A stretch of DNA of 32,000 bases from Alphaproteobacteria bacterium (lineage in GTDB: Bacteria; Pseudomonadota; Alphaproteobacteria; UBA2136; UBA6156). The stretch lies in the NCBI GenBank assembly GCA_027485835.1, contig JAIXQG010000002.1, positions 710,983 through 742,982 on the forward strand. Direction: 5' to 3'. The notes under the pieces are model-generated. The model worked only from the letters and a program-made list of their open reading frames with translations. It searched no databases and was not told where the DNA came from. This document shows positions 15,082 through 22,381 of the stretch, one piece after another. The translations under genes were made by a program, and so were the position numbers. The stretch's first letter is position 1, and each line of letters opens with the position of its first letter.

Positions 15082-15636
15082 ATGAGTGATGTTGCAGCCA
15101 AGGGCAAGGCCGGTAGTACAGGGGGCCTGAAAAAGACCTCCAGCGGGGCTGTGGTGGCAACGGGCGAGCGGATGAAGCGCGGGGTAGCGCTGGGCAATGT
15201 GCTGGCGCCGCTGGTACAGCCTGCGCTCGCCAAGCAAGGTGTGTTGCTGGCGCAGATTGTGCCGCACTGGCGGGCGATTTGCCCGTTACTGGCCGAGCAT
15301 AGCTGCCCCGAGAGTGTGAAAGGGGACGTGTTGACCGTGGCGGTGGTGAGTGATGGTGTGAAGCAAGAGTTGCATTATGTGACGCCGCAAATTGTGGAGA
15401 GCATCGGGAAACTGTTGGGCTATACCGCGATTACCAAAGTGCGAGGGATTACGCGGCATGATTTGAAACGCTCGCAGGGGCAGGGGGGCGGCCTGCGCGC
15501 GGCGCCGGTGGTGCCGCCTACCTCTGCGATGGGTGACAAGGCCGCGAGCTTGTGCAAAAGTGTGCGGGATGACGATTTGCGCGCGGCGCTGGCCGGGTTG
15601 GGATCGCAGATTTTGAACGAAAAGAGCAAGAAATAG
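15082..15636 (+). CDS. DUF721/DciA-like protein
   Basis: The ORF-track start 15046 is trimmed to ATG 15082. The segment LAQIVPHWRAICPLLAEHSCPESVKGDVLTVAVVSDGVKQELHYVTPQIVESI matches my recollection of the DUF721 pattern. Divergent placement from mutY with dsbA downstream is a common alphaproteobacterial arrangement. Confidence 0.6.
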   Translation: MSDVAAKGKAGSTGGLKKTSSGAVVATGERMKRGVALGNVLAPLVQPALAKQGVLLAQIVPHWRAICPLLAEHSCPESVKGDVLTVAVVSDGVKQELHYVTPQIVESIGKLLGYTAITKVRGITRHDLKRSQGQGGGLRAAPVVPPTSAMGDKAASLCKSVRDDDLRAALAGLGSQILNEKSKK

Positions 15637-15646
15637 GGGATTGTTC

Positions 15647-16387
15647 ATGATGAAAAAGCTAACGGTTTTGTCCGTGTTTGTAGGGATTGCCGTCGTAGGC
15701 GGTGCCGCGTGGGCCGCCGACGGTGGCTGGCTGGACGGCTGGATTAACAGCGCCAAGGCTGCCGTGACCACCCCTGCTGCCGCACCGGCCAAGCCGGTAG
15801 CTGCCCAGCCGGTGGCGAATGCGGGCAATGCGCTGGATATTCAGCCCGGTGACCGCGTGATGGGCAGCATGATGGCCCCTGTGACCATGATTGAGTATGC
15901 CAGCATGACCTGCAGCCACTGCGCCGATTTTACCCTGAAGACCATGCCGCAAGTGAAGAAAGACTGGATTGTCACAGGCAAGGTTAAGTACGTACTGCGT
16001 GACTTGGCGTGGGATGATATGGCGGTGGGGATTACCAAGGTGGCCCGTTGTGTACCAGCCCAGCAGTACTATGGAATTGTGGACGCCTTCTTTAAAAACC
16101 AGACCAATATCGTAACCAGCAATGATCCGCTGGCTGAAATTAAGAACGTGGCGGCCGGTTTTGGTTTGGATGGCGCCAAGGTGGAAGCCTGCGTGAAGGA
16201 TGCTGACTTGCATGCCCGTGTGGCGGCTAGCAAGAAGACCGCGACGGAGACGCTGGGTATCCGTGGTACTCCGACCACTTACGTAAATGGTGTGAAGCTG
16301 GATGGCGCCGTGCCGTATGAAGAACTGAAACCTGTATTGGAAGCGGCCTATGCCAAAGCGACCGGTACCGCCGCCCCCGCCAAGTAA
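15647..16387 (+). CDS. DsbA-family periplasmic thiol:disulfide oxidoreductase
   Basis: AGGGGA lies 6 nt upstream of ATG 15647. Signal peptide MMKKLTVLSVFVGIAVVGGAAWA; thioredoxin-fold active site CSHC in MIEYASMTCSHCADF. Confidence 0.85.
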   Translation: MMKKLTVLSVFVGIAVVGGAAWAADGGWLDGWINSAKAAVTTPAAAPAKPVAAQPVANAGNALDIQPGDRVMGSMMAPVTMIEYASMTCSHCADFTLKTMPQVKKDWIVTGKVKYVLRDLAWDDMAVGITKVARCVPAQQYYGIVDAFFKNQTNIVTSNDPLAEIKNVAAGFGLDGAKVEACVKDADLHARVAASKKTATETLGIRGTPTTYVNGVKLDGAVPYEELKPVLEAAYAKATGTAAPAK

Positions 16388-16601
16388 GGCGGTAGGGGAT
16401 GAGACGCCGCCGCAGGGTGGCGTTTCTTCTATGGCCGGTGTGGAGGTTGGCTTGCGGCTGGTTGTTGCCGTGATGCTGATGGGCGGGATTGGGTTTGCGC
16501 TGGACCGCTACCTTGGCAGCTTGCCGTGGCTGATGATGCTGGGGGGAGTGCTGGGGTTTGTGAGTTGGATTGTGAGTGTGGCGCGGCGCCCGCGTGCTTA
16601 G
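16350..16601 (+). CDS. atpI: AtpI/AtpZ-like small membrane protein
   Basis: The two-TM C-terminus GVEVGLRLVVAVMLMGGIGFALDRYLGSLPWLMMLGGVLGFVSWIVSV resembles ATP synthase protein I. The start is ambiguous: ATG 16350 overlaps dsbA by 38 nt, and ATG 16431 would give 56 aa. Confidence 0.6.
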   Translation: MPKRPVPPPPPSKAVGDETPPQGGVSSMAGVEVGLRLVVAVMLMGGIGFALDRYLGSLPWLMMLGGVLGFVSWIVSVARRPRA

Positions 16602-16609
16602 AGAGATAT

Positions 16610-16640
16610 AAAAAAGCCGGACGCGAGGTCCGGCTTTTTT
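16610..16640. terminator. Bidirectional rho-independent terminator
   Basis: A6, then GCCGGAC (16616-16622), loop gcgag, GTCCGGC (16628-16634), then T6. It serves atpI-like on the + strand and the small-ORF pair on the - strand. Confidence 0.85.
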
Positions 16641-16662
16641 ATACGTGATCTTTTTATCTTTT

Positions 16663-16761
16663 TCAGATGAAAAGCATGGCAGCGATAAAGGCAAATGCGG
16701 CGCCTACCAGCAGCGCATTGAGTGAGCTGGAAAGGACGTCAGTTCCTTTTCTTAGGTTCAT
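16663..16761 (-). CDS. Candidate 32-aa small membrane protein (MNLRKGTDVLSSSLNALLVGAAFAFIAAMLFI)
   Basis: Hand-translated; too short for the ORF track. AGGAGG (complement of 16767-16772) lies 5 nt upstream of the ATG (16761-16759). The tail is a hydrophobic C-terminal helix. The stop lies 22 nt from the bidirectional terminator. Confidence 0.45.
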   Translation of the reverse strand: MNLRKGTDVLSSSLNALLVGAAFAFIAAMLFI

Positions 16762-16972
16762 GGAAGCCTCCTGTGTGTGGGGGGCGGACAACTAAAACCA
16801 AGGCGAAGCTCAGGAATACGATCATTCCGAGGAGTGTGAAGGATGTGTCCAGGGAGAGGCCGATGGGGGTGCCTTTTTGGAAGGGAACGGCAACGTTGCT
16901 GATAAGAAACAGGATTGCCGCTGCGATAAGGGGCACAAGTACACATGTGCCAAGAATGCGTATGACAGTCAT
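16739..16972 (-). CDS. Candidate 77-aa two-TM small membrane protein
   Basis: ORF-track 16739..16972. GAGGA lies 5 nt upstream of the ATG. There are two hydrophobic stretches (ILGTCVLVPLIAAAILFLISNVAV and FTLLGMIVFLSFALVLVV). It overlaps the 32-aa ORF by 23 nt, and that ORF's SD is embedded in its 3' end. Confidence 0.5.
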   Translation of the reverse strand: MTVIRILGTCVLVPLIAAAILFLISNVAVPFQKGTPIGLSLDTSFTLLGMIVFLSFALVLVVRPPHTGGFHEPKKRN

Positions 16973-17184
16973 GGGAGTCCTCGTGGGAAGTCGTCATTCA
17001 GATATTTCAGGGACTTTGACGCTAGCACTTGTGAAGGTGTTTGTCATCGGGTTGTAATAATATGAATAGCTTGGGTTTTTATGGTAAGGTTGCTGAAAGT
17101 GTTGCGGGGGTGGCACGCTTTTTAGATGGTAGCGGTATGCACAGTGCAGTTGACGCGAGCGGGGAGGGTTGTTAGAAGGCTGAC

Positions 17185-17955
17185 ATGTCTCTGAATCCGC
17201 TCCACCAGTTTGAGGTAACCCCGCTGCATCCGCTGATGCTCGGTGGTTTAGATATTACCATTACCAACCAGACCCTGTGGACCGGCATCGGTACCGCTGC
17301 GGTAGTGCTGATTATGCTGCTGGGCACGATGCGTATGGCGATGGTGCCGGGTCGTTGGCAGGCGTTTGTGGAAATCACCTTCGAGTTTATCCAGAAGCTG
17401 ACCGAAAAGACCGCGGGCCGCGAGGCGATGGCGTTCTTCCCGCTGATTATTACGACCTTCCTGTTCATTGCCGCGCTGAACCTGATCGGGATGATTCCAC
17501 ACAGCTTTACCGCTACCAGCCAGATTACCACCACCGCCTACATGGGCATCATGGTGTTTATTCTGATTGTGACGGTAGGTGTGTATAAGCAGGGCTTGCA
17601 CTTCTTTGCGATGTTTGTGCCGCATGGCACGCCATGGTGGCTGCTGCCGCTGATGGTTCCGCTGGAAATCATTTCGTTCCTCGTGCGTCCGGCAACCCTC
17701 GCCGTCCGTTTGGCGGCCAACATGGTAGCTGGCCACGTGTTGCTGAAAGTGTTTGCGGCATTCTGCATCATGCTGCTGGGCCTGACGCTGGATGGCGGTG
17801 GTAGCTTGAACTATGCTTTGGCGCCGACGTCGGTCATCCCGCTGATGGTATTGGTGGCGATTACCGCGCTGGAAGTGTTTGTGGCGTTGCTGCAGGCTTA
17901 CATTTTTACGGTATTAACCTGCGTGTATCTGAATCAGAGTATTCACGGTCACTAA
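17185..17955 (+). CDS. atpB: F0F1 ATP synthase subunit a
   Basis: 256-aa polytopic membrane protein. The segment LAVRLAANMVAGHVLL contains the conserved essential Arg region of subunit a. atpE and atpF lie downstream. Confidence 0.92.
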   Translation: MSLNPLHQFEVTPLHPLMLGGLDITITNQTLWTGIGTAAVVLIMLLGTMRMAMVPGRWQAFVEITFEFIQKLTEKTAGREAMAFFPLIITTFLFIAALNLIGMIPHSFTATSQITTTAYMGIMVFILIVTVGVYKQGLHFFAMFVPHGTPWWLLPLMVPLEIISFLVRPATLAVRLAANMVAGHVLLKVFAAFCIMLLGLTLDGGGSLNYALAPTSVIPLMVLVAITALEVFVALLQAYIFTVLTCVYLNQSIHGH

Positions 17956-17967
17956 AGTTGGTATTTG

Positions 17968-17991
17968 AAAGAGGCTTCGGCCTCTTTTTTT
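17968..17991 (+). terminator. Hairpin plus T-run between atpB and atpE (terminator or attenuator)
   Basis: AAAGAGGC (17968-17975), loop ttcg, GCCTCTTT (17980-17987), followed by further T residues. Confidence 0.7.
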
Positions 17992-18003
17992 GGGCTTTTA
18001 GGC

Positions 18004-18032
18004 TTGCCTGCGGGCGGTGCTTTGGGTATAAG
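18004..18032 (+). promoter_or_regulatory. Candidate sigma70-type promoter for atpE-atpF
   Basis: TTGCCT (18004-18009), 17-nt spacer, TATAAG (18027-18032), 55 nt upstream of atpE. Pattern match only. Confidence 0.45.
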
Positions 18033-18086
18033 GGCCGCAGATTCAAGAGTTAATGAACAACGAATTTCAACTAGGAGAAACCACCC

Positions 18087-18353
18087 ATGGAACCCGTAGC
18101 TACCGTAGCAACCGTTGCCGCCACCACTGACCTGACCATGCTGAAAGCCATCGGCGCCGGTATCGCCGCCCTAAGCATGGCCGGTTCCGGTATCGGTCTT
18201 GGCATCATGGCCAGCAAGTTCTTTGAAGCCGTTGGCCGTCAGCCCTCGGTGGAAGAGCGTCTGAGCAGCTACTTCTATATCGGCGCCGGTTTTATCGAAG
18301 CTGTGGCTCTGTTCGCCTTCGCTATCGCTGCCCTCATCCTGTTCGTACTCTAA
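18087..18353 (+). CDS. atpE: F0F1 ATP synthase subunit c
   Basis: AGGAGA lies upstream of the ATG. It is a hairpin proteolipid with a GxGxGxG helix (AGSGIGLGIMA) and the carboxylate helix GAGFIEAVALFAF. Confidence 0.92.
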   Translation: MEPVATVATVAATTDLTMLKAIGAGIAALSMAGSGIGLGIMASKFFEAVGRQPSVEERLSSYFYIGAGFIEAVALFAFAIAALILFVL

Positions 18354-18381
18354 GTACGAACGCCTAAAGGGGTAAAACGCC

Positions 18382-18876
18382 ATGGAACTTTTCGTTCTCG
18401 ACTACCTGCACAGCCAGTACTTCTGGACCACGGTGGCGTTTGTCATCCTGCTCGGCATTATGTGGCGTTTTGTAGTGCCAAGCGTGCTGGGTGTGCTGGA
18501 TGCCCGTGCGGCCCAGATTGCCAGCGACCTTGATACGGCTGAACGCAGCCGCGTGCAGGCCGAAGGCACCTTGGCCGAGTATGCCGCCCAACTGGCGCAA
18601 GCCAAGAAGGAAGCCGGTGAGATTGTTTCCAAGGCCCGTGCCGAGAGTGAAGCGCTTGCCAACGAGCGTATTCGTCAGGTGGAAGCCGAACTGGCCCGCA
18701 AGGCTGAAGATGCCCGCAAGAGCATTGAGGCGGCACGTGACGAAGCGCTGCGCTCGGTGCAAAAAGACGTTGCCGAGATTGCTGTTTTGGTGGCTGAAAA
18801 GCTGCTGGAAGCCAGCGTGGATGGCAAGGTTGCCGCTACTCTGACCGATAAGGCTTTGGCCAAAGGGCTGAACTAA
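18382..18876 (+). CDS. atpF: F0F1 ATP synthase subunit b
   Basis: One N-terminal TM helix, then a long Ala/Glu/Lys/Arg-rich coiled-coil (AEYAAQLAQAKKEAGEIVSKARAE...). It immediately follows atpE. Confidence 0.85.
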   Translation: MELFVLDYLHSQYFWTTVAFVILLGIMWRFVVPSVLGVLDARAAQIASDLDTAERSRVQAEGTLAEYAAQLAQAKKEAGEIVSKARAESEALANERIRQVEAELARKAEDARKSIEAARDEALRSVQKDVAEIAVLVAEKLLEASVDGKVAATLTDKALAKGLN

Positions 18877-18887
18877 GCTCTGCTTTC

Positions 18888-18915
18888 AAAAGGGCCCTAT
18901 AAGGGGCCTTTTTTA
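18888..18915 (+). terminator. Rho-independent terminator after atpF
   Basis: AAAGGGCCC, loop tataag, GGGGCCTTTTTT: a ~9-bp stem followed by a T-run. Confidence 0.75.
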
Positions 18916-19026
18916 GGTTTGTGGATGATTTTACTTGACGTTAAGGGCGATTTTGGCGAAAAGGCCCCATTGAGCCTGGTCCGATCGTATTCGTGTGGCA
19001 GGCGTAACCAGATTGGAGAAACGACT

Positions 19027-19260
19027 ATGAAAAAAGACATTCACCCGAACTACCACTTTGTTAAGGTAGTAATGACCGATGGTGTTGAGTACATGACCCG
19101 CACCACCTACGGTGAGGCTGATGGCCGTATCCAGCTGGTTATCGACAGCAAGAACCACCCGGCTTATACCGGCGAGCGCAAGGTTCTGGACAGCATGGGC
19201 CGTATGGAAAAGTTCATGAACAAGTACGGCAAGGCTGGCGGCGCTGCTGCTGCCAAGTAA
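19027..19260 (+). CDS. rpmE: 50S ribosomal protein L31 (Cys-less form)
   Basis: The ORF-track start 18919 is trimmed to ATG 19027, which is preceded by GGAGAA. The sequence is MKKDIHPNYHFVKVVMTDGVEYMTRTTYG...HPAYTG. No CxxC zinc motif is present. Confidence 0.9.
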   Translation: MKKDIHPNYHFVKVVMTDGVEYMTRTTYGEADGRIQLVIDSKNHPAYTGERKVLDSMGRMEKFMNKYGKAGGAAAAK

Positions 19261-19276
19261 GCTTGGTTGTTTCTTT

Positions 19277-19297
19277 AAGGGGCCTGCGGGCCCCTTT
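19277..19297 (+). terminator. Rho-independent terminator after rpmE
   Basis: AAGGGGCC (19277-19284), loop tgcg, GGCCCCTT (19289-19296), followed by TGTGTGG. The T-tail is weak. Confidence 0.6.
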
Positions 19298-19311
19298 GTG
19301 TGGCCTTTATG

Positions 19312-19356
19312 AAATAACAACAACCTCGCCTAAAAGGGCGAGGCTGGTTGTTATTT
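19312..19356 (-). terminator. Long hairpin overlapping the stop codon of the 137-aa membrane-protein gene (terminator candidate)
   Basis: AAATAACAAC-AA-CCTCGCC, loop taaaag, GGCGAGG-CTG-GTTGTTATTT: stems of 7 bp and 10 bp around a small internal loop. Confidence 0.4.
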
Positions 19357-19764
19357 GCGCGGTAGCGGCTTATGCCGCGGGTAGATATGCAGGCGGGCAA
19401 AGTTTAGCAGCGCTGTATAGAGAAACCCGCTAGCCAAGACTGTCGCCGCAAGTGGTAGCAGGATGCTGAAGCCGGTCCATGTCCACCAGTCGGTACGGCG
19501 GGCGGAGGCGATCAGCACCAGCAAGATGATGGCCGCTCCCATGAAGCCGGCGCGCACCGGCGTATCCGACGTTTCGTGGCGGGTGTAGAGGGCGACGCTG
19601 ACCACGGTTGCGAGTAGATAGGCGGCCAGAGCGGTCCAGAACGGCCAGACATTGAGGTTTGGCCAGGTGTCGATGATCGTGCCGCCTAGAATCAGGCTGG
19701 TGGCCTGCACGGCGTTGTAGCTGCGGTAGTCGTGGGTGAGGAAGTCTTTCAGCTTCCTGTTCAT
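19351..19764 (-). CDS. Hypothetical integral membrane protein (about 4 TM segments)
   Basis: 137-aa ORF with AGGAGA 7 nt upstream of the ATG. It has four hydrophobic stretches and no recognisable family motif. Confidence 0.6.
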   Translation of the reverse strand: MNRKLKDFLTHDYRSYNAVQATSLILGGTIIDTWPNLNVWPFWTALAAYLLATVVSVALYTRHETSDTPVRAGFMGAAIILLVLIASARRTDWWTWTGFSILLPLAATVLASGFLYTALLNFARLHIYPRHKPLPRK

Positions 19765-19857
19765 GGAAGTGTCTCCTGTGAAAAGATGTAGATCGGCGAG
19801 GCGCCGGTTTCGATGGGTTAATCGATCTCTGTATACGTCTGTTCCATAAGGATGACA

Positions 19858-19885
19858 AAGAAAAACCGCCTCTGGAGGCGGTTTT
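19858..19885. terminator. Bidirectional rho-independent terminator downstream of cheW
   Basis: A-run, CCGCCT (19865-19870), loop ctgg, AGGCGG (19875-19880), T5. Confidence 0.8.
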
Positions 19886-19905
19886 TGACATTAAGACAGC
19901 GACGT

Positions 19906-20403
19906 TTAAGCAGCGCTTTCGAGGGCTGACATTTCGGTACTGTTGAAGACTTTACGCATGTCGATGTGCACGATCATCTTATCTTCGTGGTTGGAGATAC
20001 CCTTGATGTATTCCGACCCGATGGAGCCAGCGACCAGCGAGGGTGGCGGCAGGATGCTGTCGGCCGGGATACGTTCCACTTCGCGCACGGCGTCGACGAT
20101 CAGACCGATGACCATGCCGTTGCCGAGCTCTACCACGATAATGCGGGTTTCATCGGTGGCGTCTTGGGTATCGACACCGAAGCGCTTGCGCAGGTCGACG
20201 ATCGGGATGATCTGGCCGCGCAGGTTGATGACGCCTTCTACAAACGAGGGGGCTTGCGGCACCGGCGTGATAGCGGTGAGGCGAATGATTTCGCGGACGT
20301 CGAGAATCGGGAGGGCGAACACTTCGCCGAAGAGTTCGAAGGTGACCAGCTGGTGCAGCATGGTGGTGGCTTTTTCGGCCTGGCGGCTTTGTGCGTTGAA
20401 CAT
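19906..20403 (-). CDS. cheW: Chemotaxis coupling protein CheW
   Basis: LVTFELFGEVFALPILDVREIIRLTAITPVPQAPSFVEGVINLRGQIIPIVDLRKRFG is a canonical CheW domain. Confidence 0.9.
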   Translation of the reverse strand: MFNAQSRQAEKATTMLHQLVTFELFGEVFALPILDVREIIRLTAITPVPQAPSFVEGVINLRGQIIPIVDLRKRFGVDTQDATDETRIIVVELGNGMVIGLIVDAVREVERIPADSILPPPSLVAGSIGSEYIKGISNHEDKMIVHIDMRKVFNSTEMSALESAA

Positions 20404-20529
20404 GAGTGAGAGCCTTCGGTTTTTATTATTATGGCTTTATTGGATATTAACTTACACGGGCGGTGCAGGGTTAGGCAAGAGTTTCGGTGACAGTGTGGTG
20501 TACGGTTGCGGATTATGGCAGCATAGGCT

Positions 20530-21879
20530 GTGGAATTAACGCAACTACCCGAACTGACGCAGCGGCTTGAAACGGTGCAACTGGTACACCCCTATGGCCG
20601 CGTGGTGGCCGTGGACGGGCTGGTGGTGCGGGTGGCCGGTTTGAGTGAAGCCGGAGCCGCCACCATGGGGGCGCGTTGTCGGATAACTGATATTTCCGGT
20701 GAGCCGGCGGGCCGACCGGCCGAAGTGGTGGGGACCGCCGAAGACGGGAATACGTTGCTGATGCCGTATGGCACCATGGAAGGCATCGGCCCCGGCCAGC
20801 GCGTGTATATGGACGGGCCGAGCGGTGGCAAACTGCGCATTAACCACAGCTGGATTGGCCGTGTGGTGAATGGGCTTGGCGACCCGCTGGATGGCAAAGG
20901 CCCGCTGGCCAGCATTGGAGGTGAGGAGCGCGTATTGCGTGCGGGGCCGCCGCCGGCGTTCCAGCGCAAAATGGTCGGCGCCAAAATGGACACCGGCGTG
21001 CGTGTGCTGAACACGTTATTGCCGTTGTGTGAAGGCCAGCGGATGGGGATTTTTGCCGGAAGTGGCGTGGGTAAAAGTGTGCTGATGGGGATGCTGACCA
21101 AGCACAGCAAGGCTGAAGTGACGGTGATCGGGCTGATTGGTGAGCGTGGTAAGGAGCTCAACGAGTTTATTCAGGAAGAATTAGGCCCTGCGGGCCTTGC
21201 CCGTAGCGTGGTGATTACCGCTACCAGTGACGAGCCGCCGCTGGTGCGGCGCCAGGCCGCGTATTTGACGTTGGCAGTGGCGGAGTATTTTAGAGACTGC
21301 GGTTTTAAGGTGCTGCTGCTGATGGACAGCGTAACGCGCCTTGCCCAAGCCCAGCGTGAAATTGGTTTGGCCAGCCGCGAGCCCCCGACGACACGGGGTT
21401 ATACCCCCAGTGTGTTTGCCGAGTTGCCGCGCCTGTTGGAGCGAGCCGGGCCGGGGACGGGGACGGGGACGATTTCGGCGATTTTTACCGTGTTGGTGGA
21501 GGGCTCCGACATGGAAGAGCCGGTGGCCGATGCCGTGCGCGGGATTTTAGACGGGCACATTATTCTGACCCGCAGCTTGGCGGAACGCGGCCATTTTCCG
21601 GCGATTGAAGTGTTGAAGAGTGTCAGCCGTATGGTACCGAAATGTTTGAGTGCCGAGGAGTATGCGTTAGTGCGCCGGACACGCCAGATACTGGCGACGT
21701 ATGATGATATGGCGGAGTTGATCCGGTTAGGTGCGTACACCAGCGGCAGCGACCCGCAGGTGGATGAGGCGATACGCCTGATGCCGCGCCTGGAAACTTT
21801 TTTGAAGCAGGCGCCGAATGAGAGTTGCAGCATGGCGGATAGCTTCCGCTTGCTGGAAGAAGCGATTGGCAAAGGCTAG
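20530..21879 (+). CDS. fliI: Flagellum-specific type III export ATPase
   Basis: GTG start at 20530; the upstream in-frame region is closed by TAG. Walker A is AGSGVGKSVLMGM and Walker B is VLLLMDSVTR. It has F1-beta-like architecture and fliJ follows. Confidence 0.9.
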   Translation: MELTQLPELTQRLETVQLVHPYGRVVAVDGLVVRVAGLSEAGAATMGARCRITDISGEPAGRPAEVVGTAEDGNTLLMPYGTMEGIGPGQRVYMDGPSGGKLRINHSWIGRVVNGLGDPLDGKGPLASIGGEERVLRAGPPPAFQRKMVGAKMDTGVRVLNTLLPLCEGQRMGIFAGSGVGKSVLMGMLTKHSKAEVTVIGLIGERGKELNEFIQEELGPAGLARSVVITATSDEPPLVRRQAAYLTLAVAEYFRDCGFKVLLLMDSVTRLAQAQREIGLASREPPTTRGYTPSVFAELPRLLERAGPGTGTGTISAIFTVLVEGSDMEEPVADAVRGILDGHIILTRSLAERGHFPAIEVLKSVSRMVPKCLSAEEYALVRRTRQILATYDDMAELIRLGAYTSGSDPQVDEAIRLMPRLETFLKQAPNESCSMADSFRLLEEAIGKG

Positions 21880-21889
21880 GCCCTGAGCG

Positions 21890-22303
21890 ATGGCCGAGAC
21901 GCTAGAGGTTCTGATTAAAGTTGCCGAACGTAAGGTGGAAGCAGCGCAGCAGGCGCTGGCCAAAACCCGTGAGGCGATTGATGCGTGCCGTAACCGTACC
22001 AAAGAGCTGGAGCAGGAGGCTGCGGTAGCGTTTGTGACGGCGGTGGCGGAAGACGATGTGCTCTCGATTCAGGCCGCGGGGGCGTTTCAGGAGCGGGTGC
22101 GGCGCGAGATTGCGGAGATCCGGCAGATGGAAGCGACCTTGCTGGAGAATGAGAAAGTTCAGCAAGCCCAGCTGCAGCAGCTTTTTGCGGGGCAGAAGAC
22201 GTATGAGCTGTTGTGGGAGAAAAAAAAGCTGGAGCGTAGGAAGGAGCGGCTTAAGAAGGCGCAGAATCAGTTGGATGAAGTAGCGGGCCGCGTTCGGAAA
22301 TAA
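21890..22303 (+). CDS. fliJ: Flagellar export chaperone/stalk protein FliJ
   Basis: 137-aa Glu/Ala/Lys/Gln-rich coiled-coil-type protein starting 10 nt after fliI, in the canonical fliI-fliJ order. Confidence 0.7.
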   Translation: MAETLEVLIKVAERKVEAAQQALAKTREAIDACRNRTKELEQEAAVAFVTAVAEDDVLSIQAAGAFQERVRREIAEIRQMEATLLENEKVQQAQLQQLFAGQKTYELLWEKKKLERRKERLKKAQNQLDEVAGRVRK

Positions 22304-22348
22304 AACATAGGCGCGGGCGACTCCGCTTCGCGTCGGACTCTGAAAAAC

Positions 22349-22372
22349 AAACGCCTCTTGGAGGCGTTTTTT
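22349..22372. terminator. Bidirectional rho-independent terminator between convergent fliJ and cheR
   Basis: AAACGCCTC (22349-22357), loop ttg, GAGGCGTTT followed by further T residues. An A-run lies on the other side. Confidence 0.85.
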
Positions 22373-22381
22373 GGGTTTGTA

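Noticed and set aside
16973-17060. 17-codon minus-strand ORF (MTNTFTSASVKVPEISE) upstream of the small-protein pair, and plus-strand ORFs 16722..17057 and 16877..17065.
   Set aside because: The 17-codon ORF has no SD and is not hydrophobic or otherwise distinctive. The plus-strand ORFs are Arg-rich antisense frames of the better-supported 77-aa ORF.
17111-17126. TGGCACGCTTTTTAGA upstream of atpB, a possible sigma54 promoter.
   Set aside because: The -24 half is perfect, but the -12 element reads TTAGA and lacks the essential GC. A sigma54-dependent atpB would also be biologically unexpected.
19027-19260. Absence of the CxxC zinc-ribbon cysteines in L31, as a possible zinc-sparing paralog.
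   Set aside because: The sequence closely matches the Cys-less L31 form that, to my knowledge, is the normal single copy in alphaproteobacteria. Nothing here suggests a Zur-regulated paralog.
20513-20528. TGGCAGCATAGGCTGT just upstream of fliI, a possible sigma54 promoter.
   Set aside because: The GG-to-GC spacing is wrong (GC falls 8, not 10, nt after GG), and the motif abuts the GTG start codon, leaving no room for a leader or SD.
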